Positions 50,640 through 59,772 of a DNA stretch of 64,000 nt are shown here, piece after piece (within the stretch, counting starts at the first letter, position 1; every line of letters starts with the position of its first letter). A program made the position numbers and the translations under genes. The notes beneath the pieces are model-generated. The model had not been told where the DNA came from. It saw only the letters and a list, made by a program, of their open reading frames with translations, and did no database searches. Where the stretch lies: the NCBI GenBank assembly GCA_965214705.1, contig OZ243972.1:3680001-3744000 (forward strand), written 5' to 3'. The stretch comes from Alphaproteobacteria bacterium. GTDB taxonomy: Bacteria > Pseudomonadota > Alphaproteobacteria > UBA828.

Positions 50640-50861
50640 CTAGTTGCAACCGCATCCGGCGCCCGCCGTCTTCGCGCGACCGCGGGATGCTTCCTTGCTC
50701 TCGTAGACCTGTTCGTAAAGGGCACTCTGCAACATGTTCGGGTCCAACTGCATTTCCGGACGCGCGAGCGAGCCCCACTGCCAGGGAGAAACGGCCTCGC
50801 AAGCACCCAGCGCGAGTACGAGAGCCGCAACCGGCAGGAAGCGTCGCGCAAGGAGAATCAT
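50640..50861 (-). CDS. DUF4266 family small lipoprotein
   Basis: Lipobox LGAC, VSPWQWG.LA.PEM, ends GAGCGCN. Confidence 0.9.
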   Translation of the reverse strand: MILLARRFLPVAALVLALGACEAVSPWQWGSLARPEMQLDPNMLQSALYEQVYESKEASRGRAKTAGAGCGCN

Positions 50862-51373
50862 GGCTGATCCACCGGCTGCAGACCGAGGAGTTCGTCGATG
50901 TGGGCCCGTATGGCCCTCATATCGCCCGGCTTGAAGCCCTGATGCACCAGCGTGATCCGGCCTTTGGGGTCGATTACGAACGACGTCGGCATGGCCAGCA
51001 GACCATACGCCTCCGCGATTTTGCCATGCGGATCGCTCAAGTTATCGTAATTGACGGAGTAGCGACTCAAGAACCTGGTCGCATCGTCGATCCACTCGTC
51101 CACGCTGATGGCGATGACCGCCAAGCGCTCCTCCCCCAATTCGTATTGCATGACGATCATCTCCGGGATCGAGACTCGACACGCGATGCACCAGGATGCC
51201 CAAAAATCGAGGTAGCGAACTTTGCCGTGGCTTGCCGACAAGGACTTGATTTCCTGGCCATCCAATGTCGGCAAGGTGAAATCGGGAGCCAAATCTCCTT
51301 CCGAGACGGCCGATGCTGCAGCGGTGAACAGGACGCTCAGCGAGAGAATCACCGATAGCAGCAATGCTCTCAT
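50858..51373 (-). CDS. TlpA-family thiol-disulfide reductase
   Basis: APDFTL, DFWASWCIAC, MPTSFVID. Confidence 0.92.
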   Translation of the reverse strand: MRALLLSVILSLSVLFTAAASAVSEGDLAPDFTLPTLDGQEIKSLSASHGKVRYLDFWASWCIACRVSIPEMIVMQYELGEERLAVIAISVDEWIDDATRFLSRYSVNYDNLSDPHGKIAEAYGLLAMPTSFVIDPKGRITLVHQGFKPGDMRAIRAHIDELLGLQPVDQP

Positions 51374-51734
51374 GGACGATCTCTTTCGACGGTCCACGCT
51401 ACTCCAGATTCGCAACAGACCGCATGCTCGATCGAGTATGGCGTGCCAATTGTACCTAGCGGCGCTCGCCGAGGTCAACTCTGCTTGCCTGCGCGATGTG
51501 CTCGCAAGCAGGGGCCAGAGAGGCCTCGTTCACTTCGCTCTACCTCCGACTATTGCAGGCCGTGAAGACGCCTGCGAATTGATCAGTTGGCCGACCGTTG
51601 AGTCAAGTAATTGCTTCCCGTCGTTGAAGTGTCGTCTATACTTGCGGCAAAACTTAAGCACAGGCAACTCTGCTGATCGCCGTGGCGTACATGCGACGGC
51701 TGTCCCGGATCTCATCGCTGCCGCGGGGAGCACA

Positions 51735-52292
51735 ATGAACTGGCTACTGTCGGGCTGGCGGCGCTGGCTTCTCGCGGGTTTGGCCTGCTGCGCCACCATC
51801 GCGGCGGCGTACGCGACGCCCGTTCACGTGCCGGAAGTCGATGTGACGGTTCGCTCGGCGCCCGTCGACGCGTTGTCCGGCCACGTTGCCGCTCTGGCAG
51901 CCGGAGAAGATCTTGGGTCCCTGCTCGCGAGCCGGCGCTGGGGCAATGTTCAGCCGTCATCGAAAGAGCCCGTCGAACCGAGCACGCCGGACCCGCAATC
52001 TGCTCCGAGGATCAATCCCGAACTCCTGAAGATGAACTTTGTCGGGTTGATTACCGTGCAGGATCAGCGCACAGTGTTGCTTGCCGTTCCGAACGTCGGA
52101 ATTGAGAGATTTGTCGCCGGCGATACACTGCCGGACGGCCGCGTTCTGGTCTCCGTGACGGACAACAGTCTCACGATCAAAGCGGAGGATCTTCCGGAAG
52201 AGGAGCTGTTGTTGTTCCCCTCCATCGCGAATGACGCACAGCGGGCTGGGAGATCCGAGGCACATGACCAAGATGTTGGGGAGGCGAGATGA
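51735..52292 (+). CDS. Putative T2SS GspC-like protein
   Basis: Single N-terminal TM; FVGLI..GDTLPDG.VLVSV HR-domain-like pattern; overlaps gspD start. Confidence 0.55.
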   Translation: MNWLLSGWRRWLLAGLACCATIAAAYATPVHVPEVDVTVRSAPVDALSGHVAALAAGEDLGSLLASRRWGNVQPSSKEPVEPSTPDPQSAPRINPELLKMNFVGLITVQDQRTVLLAVPNVGIERFVAGDTLPDGRVLVSVTDNSLTIKAEDLPEEELLLFPSIANDAQRAGRSEAHDQDVGEAR

Positions 52293-54397
52293 GATTTCCT
52301 AGTCCCGCCATTTTTCCGGCCATGCTGGTGGTGGTGATGGGGCTACTGTCGGCATGTGCGGAACTTCGGGTTGACCCGTTACCGGAACCGATCCGCCCGC
52401 CAAAGGAATATGTGTCCGCGGCGCAGGAGGAGCCAGTGCCGGCGGAGGCACCGGTGGAGCAGGAGTTGCGCACGTCCCGAGCCCCGGGGGTGGTGATCCA
52501 GCGTTCGGTGGCTGAGGGCATTACCGACCGGCTGGGCGAAGATCTCTCCGGAAATCCCATCCGCGTCAGCTTTCACAACATTCCTCTTGTGCCCTTCATC
52601 AACGAAATTTTTGGTGAAGAGCTGGGGATGTCGTTCTTGATTTCACCGGGCTTGCGACGCAAGTCGGATCTCGTGACTCTCAAGTTGACGGAGCCACTGC
52701 CGCCGCGCCAGCTCTTTGCGACGGCCCGTCGGGTTCTGCGCGAGTACGGCGTCGACATCGTAGCGGCAGAGGAAGGTATCCTAACCTTCGTTCCGAGCCA
52801 GGACATCGCCTCGCGCGATGTTCCCCTGTTCGTCAGCGGTCGTGCGTTGCCGGATGTTCCGCCCAGCCATCGCGTGATTTTCCAGTTGGTGCAGCTCAGG
52901 GTGGTTCGCGGTCCGCAAGTCCGGGGATGGTTGAGTGCTGCATTCGACCGCCAGGACCTGGAAGTCATCGAGGACCCCGATCGCAATGCCCTGCTGCTCA
53001 AGGGCAACAGCGACATGCTTGCGCGTGCTCTCGCCATGATCGAGGTGCTCGACCAGCCGTTACTGCGCGGGCGCTACGGCGTCATTATCGAACCCGTCTT
53101 CATGCGGTCCCAGGACTTGGCACGGGCGCTGAACGAAGTTCTCAACGCCGAAGGGTATCAGGCGAGCATCGGCACCGGCGGAGTTGGCGGTTCGATTATA
53201 CTTCTCGCCTTGACGGAGGTGGACAAGATGGTCGCCTTCGCGGCAGACCAGGCCACGCTCGACCACGTCGAGCAATGGGCGCGTCTTCTGGATTCCCGCC
53301 GCAAGGAGTCGATCGATTCGGCGGTTTTTGCGTACGAGGTTCTCAATACCCAGGCAGAAGAGCTGACCGATACCCTGAACCGCATGTTCGGCTCCGGTCT
53401 GGCCGGCAAACCTCAGCCGGACGCGATGGCCGCAGGCGAAGGCGAACGGGGGTCCCGGCCCACCGAGGCGCAACCGGCCAGCGCCAGAATCGTCGTCGAC
53501 AAGAATCGCAACATGCTGCTCTTCCGGGGCTCCGGCAAGGAGTGGGCCGAGATTCGAAGCGTGATCGAAAAACTCGACAGGTCCGTGCCGTCGGCGTTGA
53601 TCGAAGTGCTGATTGCGGAAGTCACGCTGTCCGATCAGGAGAAATCGGGTATCGAGTTTCTCTTGAGGGGCAGCGTCGATGACTATGGTCTTGCCGGCAC
53701 GCTGGGCGGCCTGGGTCTTGGCGGCTCAGGCTTGACGGTGACTCTGGACAATGCCGGAGAGACGCGCGCGGCGTTGAACCTGTTCTACAGGGACGACCGG
53801 GTCGTAATCCGGTCTCGGCCGCGCCTTCTCGTCAAGAGCGGTGAGACTGCAACGATCGATGTCGGCAACGAGATCCCTATAATCACACGAATTTCGGAAG
53901 AGGATCGTCAGACCGTCGATTCAGTCAACATCCTGCAGGACGTCACCTACCGCAAGACCGGCGTGCAACTTGAGATCAAGCCGGTTGTACAGGCCAACGG
54001 GCTAGTCGACCTGCAGATTTCGCAGCAACTCAGCGAAGCGCGGCCGACCGCAGCGACGAGCCTAGCGGGCACTCCCACAATCCTGAACCGTCAGATCAGC
54101 ACCAGCCTGACGCTCAAGGACGGCGGATCGTTGCTGCTCGGCGGCCTCATTTCCGGCAGCCAAAGTGCAGGCGAAACTGGCGTTCCCATCCTCGGGCAAC
54201 TGCCAGGGATTGGCCAGCTATTTCGTGCCGACTCCATTCAGGAAGATCGAACGGAATTGCTGATCATGGTGACGCCGTACGTGATCACCAATCACGAAGA
54301 GGGCTGGGAGCTGACGCGGCAGATCCGAGACCGTCTGGACCTGCATTCGTTTATCGCCGACGATCCTGGACCGCCGCTCCTGCCTGGTGGTCAGTAA
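52289..54397 (+). CDS. gspD: Type II secretion secretin (lipoprotein type)
   Basis: LLSAC lipobox; LIEVLIAEV, GNEIP, TGVQLEIKPVV, GVPILGQLPGIGQLF, ELLIMVTP. Confidence 0.93.
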   Translation: MRFPSPAIFPAMLVVVMGLLSACAELRVDPLPEPIRPPKEYVSAAQEEPVPAEAPVEQELRTSRAPGVVIQRSVAEGITDRLGEDLSGNPIRVSFHNIPLVPFINEIFGEELGMSFLISPGLRRKSDLVTLKLTEPLPPRQLFATARRVLREYGVDIVAAEEGILTFVPSQDIASRDVPLFVSGRALPDVPPSHRVIFQLVQLRVVRGPQVRGWLSAAFDRQDLEVIEDPDRNALLLKGNSDMLARALAMIEVLDQPLLRGRYGVIIEPVFMRSQDLARALNEVLNAEGYQASIGTGGVGGSIILLALTEVDKMVAFAADQATLDHVEQWARLLDSRRKESIDSAVFAYEVLNTQAEELTDTLNRMFGSGLAGKPQPDAMAAGEGERGSRPTEAQPASARIVVDKNRNMLLFRGSGKEWAEIRSVIEKLDRSVPSALIEVLIAEVTLSDQEKSGIEFLLRGSVDDYGLAGTLGGLGLGGSGLTVTLDNAGETRAALNLFYRDDRVVIRSRPRLLVKSGETATIDVGNEIPIITRISEEDRQTVDSVNILQDVTYRKTGVQLEIKPVVQANGLVDLQISQQLSEARPTAATSLAGTPTILNRQISTSLTLKDGGSLLLGGLISGSQSAGETGVPILGQLPGIGQLFRADSIQEDRTELLIMVTPYVITNHEEGWELTRQIRDRLDLHSFIADDPGPPLLPGGQ

Positions 54398-54606
54398 TTT
54401 CCGCTTCGGACGTGTGGTAGGTGCGACGCATTTTCCTGGTGCGCAAATTCTATTTGCTGAGAGTGTTGGCCTCTCGCCGTACGTTGTGCCTCCGAGCCGG
54501 TGATCGATGGGCTCCGCCAGACACGGCTCTATGCTCGAGGAATGCTCCGGATGACAAGGGGTATTCAGAGCCCGAGCAGTGAGCCGACCGTAAGCCCGAA
54601 GGTCGG

Positions 54607-55305
54607 ATGCCGGCTGTGCCGTGTGGCGGAACAACCGCCGTGATTAGCGCGCGCTATTGCTGCCAGGACTCGGGCTTCAGGCTCGTATCCCCTGACTTGG
54701 TGCCTCTGATCCCGTGGCTTATGCGTCGCGGCCGATGCCCTCATTGTGGCGCGAAAATCTCGCCCGTCGTTCCGGTTCTGGAATTCGCGATGATCGCTGT
54801 GGTGATCGTCACCGCTGTGCTGGTGCGAGACGATGCACAAGCCGCGGCAGGATGCTTCCTGGGATGGCTGCTCGTTCTGCTGGTGATCGCCGATTTGCGG
54901 CACCAAATTCTACCAGACAGCCTGACGGCAACAGTGCTGGCGAGCGGCTTGCTGGCGGCGCTGTTCCTGCCGTCACCGGGCTTCACCGAGGCGCTGATCG
55001 GAGCGGCGATCGGCGGCGGTAGCTTCTTCTTGCTGCGCTTCCTCTATTTCCGCTACCGCGGCATCGAGGGGCTCGGCCTGGGCGATGTGAAGTTGATGGC
55101 CGGACTGGGCGCCTGGCTCGGCCCGGCTTGGCTGCCGCCCCTGGTCCTCATCGCTGCCGTGGCTGGACTCATGGTCGTTCTGCTGCAGTCCTGGCGCCGG
55201 GGAACCGGGGTTCCCGCGACGAGCAGGGTCGCCTTCGGCGCCTATCTCGGCGGTGTGGCCCTGCTGCTCTGGGGCCTAAAATCGACGGGTGTGTGGGAGT
55301 GGTAG
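54607..55305 (+). CDS. gspO: Prepilin peptidase A24, N-terminus degenerate
   Basis: GRCPHCG, ADLRHQILPD, EGLGLGDVKL, AFGAYL; first TM and first CxxC are missing. Confidence 0.8.
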   Translation: MPAVPCGGTTAVISARYCCQDSGFRLVSPDLVPLIPWLMRRGRCPHCGAKISPVVPVLEFAMIAVVIVTAVLVRDDAQAAAGCFLGWLLVLLVIADLRHQILPDSLTATVLASGLLAALFLPSPGFTEALIGAAIGGGSFFLLRFLYFRYRGIEGLGLGDVKLMAGLGAWLGPAWLPPLVLIAAVAGLMVVLLQSWRRGTGVPATSRVAFGAYLGGVALLLWGLKSTGVWEW

Positions 55306-55451
55306 ATGCTTGAATCCCCGTGCCGTCCGAGCGCGCGCCTCTCGTCAGACGCAGGCGTAATTGCTACGGTATGTGAACCGACACCAGACGCTGGAGTCCA
55401 ACCGCCAATGCCCAAGTCGCCGGAACGCGTGTCGGACGCCGCAACATCGGG

Positions 55452-57130
55452 GGGTGTAGGTCTGGCATGGCGATCGTAAGTCATTGATTTAGCGCGATTG
55501 GCGGGTGGCCGTAGGCAGCCAGAATCGGGTTTTCGTGACAATCGGCCGGTGCAGGGCCGGATTTTGTCACAACGGCGGCATCCAGCAGTGGTGGGTGGGA
55601 ACGCTCCGCACCGCGAGATGCGGTAGGATGCCGCGCCGACAACCCAACATCAGACCCAACATCAGGAGCGTTCCCATGCCAGTGTCGCAGTCTCTCATCG
55701 CCTCGTCCATCGACCTTTTGGGCCTGCCTGCCGAAGTCGCCGAAGCGGTCGCCCAGGTGGTGGAGTTCTGTCGCGAACAGGCTGGGTCTGACCCGTCTGC
55801 CGAGACGTTCGAAACGGTTGAGACGGGGCTGCGGGACGCCATGAACGGCTTGGGTTGCAAGCTCCTTGGGGCCTTCGCCGAGAGCCGCGACGACGGTGCG
55901 AGCCGGATCGAGCGCGACGGACAGAGCTGGGTCCGGGTGGCGGCGACGCCGAAGACGATCATGACGACGCTCGGTCCCGTGACCTATCGGCGTGCGCGCT
56001 ATCGCAGCGGCGCGAGCAGCACGTCGCTGGTGCCGGTGGACGAGAGCCTGGGCCTCATCGACGACTACCTGACGCGGCCGGCGGCGCAGCTCGGGCTGAT
56101 GATGATGGGCCACTGTACGCCGCGTGAAGCGGAGGAGTTCTTCGCGAAAATGGGCGGAATGACGCCGTCGGTGAGCACGCTGCAGCGCCTGGCCCTGAGC
56201 ATGCATGAGCACTGGGAGAGCGTCGCCCCGGAGACGCTGGCCAGCATCCGTGAAACCCAGGGCATACCGCCCGATGCGGTCACCGCGTCCGTCTCCCTTG
56301 ACGGCGTCATGGTGGCGCTGCGGGCCGGCGAGGACGGCCGTGCCGAGGCGTGCTGGCGCGAGGCCTCTTGCGGCACGGTCTCCTTCCACGACGCCGAGGG
56401 CCAACGGCTGAAGACCCTCTATCTCGGCCGTATGCCCGAGAGCGGCAAGGCCGCGCTGAAAGCGCAACTTGCAAGCGAGGTCGCCCATATCCGCCGTGTG
56501 AGCCCGAAGATCAGGATCGGCGCCGTCGCCGACGGGGCCGCCGACAACTGGACCTTCCTCGAAAGCCTCTCGCCCGAGACCGAGGTCATCGACTTCTGGC
56601 ACGCTTGCGAGCATCTCCGCGTGGCCTCTGACCATGCGGTGGCGCGCCACTGGTTCGAGAAGCACCGCGAAATCCTGCGCCACGACCCCCGCGGCGTCGA
56701 CAAGGTGATCCGGGCACTGCGCTACCTCCTGGACAGGGCAAAGGGGGACCCGGCCGAGATCGAGCGCGAGCTGGCCTTCTTCCGAAAGCACCGCCATCGG
56801 ATGCGCTACCACGCCCTGAAGGAAGAGGGCATCGCCATCGGCTCGGGTGTGGTCGAGGCGGCCTGCAAGACCCTCGTCGCGCAGCGCTTGAAACGCTCGG
56901 GCATGCGCTGGCGGATCGACGGCGGGCAGGCGGTTCTGACCTTCCGCGCCCTGATCAAATCCGGCCTCTTCGACCGGGCATGGGATGCGCTCATGGACGC
57001 CCGATCCGGACCAGCTAACGACAACATCAGCCCAACCGAAGTCCTGGCACTCGCTGCTTGACCAAAATGAACCAGCCCATATCCTTTAGCGCCATCACGA
57101 CTGGCATATCGCCATACGAGAATCACACCC
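55452..57130 (+). mobile_element. ISKra4-family IS copy 2
   Basis: Same ends as copy 1; TSD ACATCGGG at 55444-51 and 57131-38. Confidence 0.93.
55676..57061 (+). CDS. ISKra4-family transposase (identical translation to copy 1)
   Basis: ORF-track proteins identical; RBS AGGAG before ATG 55676. Confidence 0.9.
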   Translation: MPVSQSLIASSIDLLGLPAEVAEAVAQVVEFCREQAGSDPSAETFETVETGLRDAMNGLGCKLLGAFAESRDDGASRIERDGQSWVRVAATPKTIMTTLGPVTYRRARYRSGASSTSLVPVDESLGLIDDYLTRPAAQLGLMMMGHCTPREAEEFFAKMGGMTPSVSTLQRLALSMHEHWESVAPETLASIRETQGIPPDAVTASVSLDGVMVALRAGEDGRAEACWREASCGTVSFHDAEGQRLKTLYLGRMPESGKAALKAQLASEVAHIRRVSPKIRIGAVADGAADNWTFLESLSPETEVIDFWHACEHLRVASDHAVARHWFEKHREILRHDPRGVDKVIRALRYLLDRAKGDPAEIERELAFFRKHRHRMRYHALKEEGIAIGSGVVEAACKTLVAQRLKRSGMRWRIDGGQAVLTFRALIKSGLFDRAWDALMDARSGPANDNISPTEVLALAA

Positions 57131-59772
57131 ACATCGGGCGGGTATTCCGGGCAGCGCCTTGCCGAACTGCTGGTTGAGAGAAACGATGTTCAGCAGGCCG
57201 ACATGGACAAAGCCCTGCAGATACAACGCTCGATCGGCGGCAGGCTCGACGCCGTACTTCTGCGGACCGGCACCATTTCCGAAGACCTTCTTCTTCAAAG
57301 AATCGCCGAAATACAGGGAGCGGAATATCTCCGCAACGCGGAGGAGCTTCCCGGAAAGAAAGACGTCTATGAGTTCATTTCCGAGGCACCGATCAAGAAG
57401 GAGTGGTTTCTCGACAATGGCGTGCTGATGTGGCGCCGCAACGGCCAGCTCTTTTGTATCGCGCGGGACATCATGGATCATGGCGTTCTGGCCGTTCTCA
57501 GCTACTTTTATCCGGACGAAACGGTCAAGTATTGTCTCGCTACCGGCCACCAGATCGACCATCTTCTCGAGTTCGTGAAGAAGGAGCGGGCGAGCCAGGC
57601 TCCCTACTCCGGCGACGATACCAGGCAGCTGACGGAAATGGCCGAAGAGGCGCCGATCATCGAGTTCGTGAACAATCTTCTTGCGCAGGCCGTCTACGTG
57701 AAGGCCTCGGACATCCACATCGAACCGACGGAGGAGCATTTCCTGGTTCGCATGCGCGTCGACGGCGTGCTGCAAACCAAGCAGACGCAACCGGTCGAGC
57801 GGTTTCCGGCCGTCGCATCCCGCATCAAGCTCGTATCGGGCCTCGACATTGCGGAACGGCGGCTGCCCCAGGACGGGCGGATCTCGACCCGGATTGCCGG
57901 CCAGGAGATGGACATCCGTGTGTCGACGGTGCCCTGCGCCTTCGGGGAGTCCGTGGTCTTGCGGATGCTGGCGAAGGAGCGGGCGGACCTTGTCCTGACG
58001 AATCTGGGCATGGAGGCGGATCATCTCTCCCAGTTCCGGCGCTGGTTCCAGACCAGCAGCGGCATCATTCTGGTGACCGGACCAACGGGGTCGGGGAAAT
58101 CCACGACGCTTGCCTCGGCGCTCACGGAGATCGACGACGGCGTCAAGAAGCTCATCACGGTGGAGGACCCGGTCGAGCACCAGATGCCCAACATCACCCA
58201 GATTCAGACGCACGCGGAGATCGGCTATACCTTCGCCCGCGCCTTGCGCGCCATTCTGCGTCAGGATCCGGACGTCATCATGATCGGCGAGATCCGCGAC
58301 CTGGAGACGGCGGAAATCGCCATCCGTTCGGCCATGACTGGCCACCTGGTGCTGTCCACGGCCCACACCAACGACGCGCTGTCCAGCTTCACGCGACTGA
58401 TCGACATGGGCGTGGAGCCGTTTCTGGTCGCTGCATCGGTGCGCGGGGTCCAGGCGCAGCGGCTCGTGCGCAGGGCATGTCCGCGTTGCTCGGAGCCCAT
58501 CGATCCGCCCTCCGCATTCGGCGAGAGCCTCGAGCGAATCCCTCCGGACTTGCTCGGCGACCGCTGGGTGACGGTCCACGGCTGCGACGCCTGCGAACGG
58601 ACCGGCTACACCGGCAGGACCGGCATCTACGAACTCGTTCCGGTGACCGGCGAACTCCAGGAGCTCATCGTTTCAGGGGCGAAACTCAATGAACTGAAGA
58701 CGCTGGCCTTGCAGCAGGGTCATCGAACCCTGCTGGAAGACGGCCTGCTCAAGGCTTCCCATGGTCGCACCACTGCGGAAGAAGTGACCCGCCTCACGCT
58801 CGAGGAGTGATCCACGATGCGGGAGTATCAGTACGAGATCGTCGATCGCAGCGGTCGAGTGGTGAAGGGAGTCGCTGAGGCCGCCTCTGTTTCCGACCTG
58901 GTTCGCGAGCTGAGTGCCGAGGGCCATACCGTGGTCGAGGTGACGGAGCCCCGCGCAACGCGGCCTCCGCTGTTGCGCCGCCGGCTCGGCGCCCAAGACC
59001 AGATGATGGCACTTCACGAATTGGCGACACTGCTTGAATCGGGTGTCTCGCTCGGCAATGCGGTGCAGGCTCAAGTCAGCGGCACCCGGCATCCCTCGCT
59101 GGCCCAGGCCTTCGAGGCCATGTCCAGGGGGCTCATGCGCGGAGAGAGCTTTCTCGAAGCCCTGCGCGCCGGACAGTTGGCTCTTCCGGACTACGTTTAT
59201 CGCCTGGTGGAGGCCGGCGAATTGAACGGTCAGCTCGCGGGGGCTTTGCGCCAGGCCGTCGATCAGATGCAGTACGATCAACGGGTCGCCACGGAGATGC
59301 GCGGCGCGCTGCTCTACCCGTCGATCCTGATCGTCGCCGGCTGCGCGGCAGTGCTCCTCGTCTTTGTCTTCGTGATCCCTCAATTCGCCAATTTGCTCGA
59401 GACCGGAAATGAACTGCCCGTGCTGGCGGAAGCCGTCATGCACACCGGTCTCTGGTTCAATGCCAACGGCTGGCAGCTGGCAGCAGCTCTTGCCGTCATC
59501 ACCCTTGCCATTGCTCTGCTCGTACGGCGCGAAGGTGTCCGTCAGCGAGTCCGGGACAGCCTCTCCACGCTGCCGATCCTTTCCGACTGGTTTACCGAGA
59601 CGGATACCGCAAAGTGGGCTTCACTCATGAGCGCCATGCTGGCGAGTCGGGTGGGTCTCCTGGACGCGCTGGGCCTTGCCGCAAGCAGCGTGCGAATCAC
59701 CCGACGCAAGGCAATGCTGGAGCAGGCGACGAGCGACGTCCGCAGCGGCGCCTCGCTTTCGGCGGCACTAGA

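Larger units (their letters stand above)
55306..58810 (+). pseudogene. gspE: T2SS ATPase interrupted by ISKra4 copy 2
   Basis: 55306-55451 joins in frame to 57139-58810; ASDIHIEP, GPTGSGKST, LRQDPD, TGHLVLST, CxxC pairs. Confidence 0.92.

Noticed and set aside
51439-51453. Possible sigma54 site TGGCGTGCCAATTGT in the divergent promoter region
   Set aside because: The invariant -12 GC is missing
45346-57130. Composite transposon that delivered apbE-gspO
   Set aside because: Each IS copy has its own TSD, and copy 2 splits gspE, whose remainder lies outside; these are independent insertions
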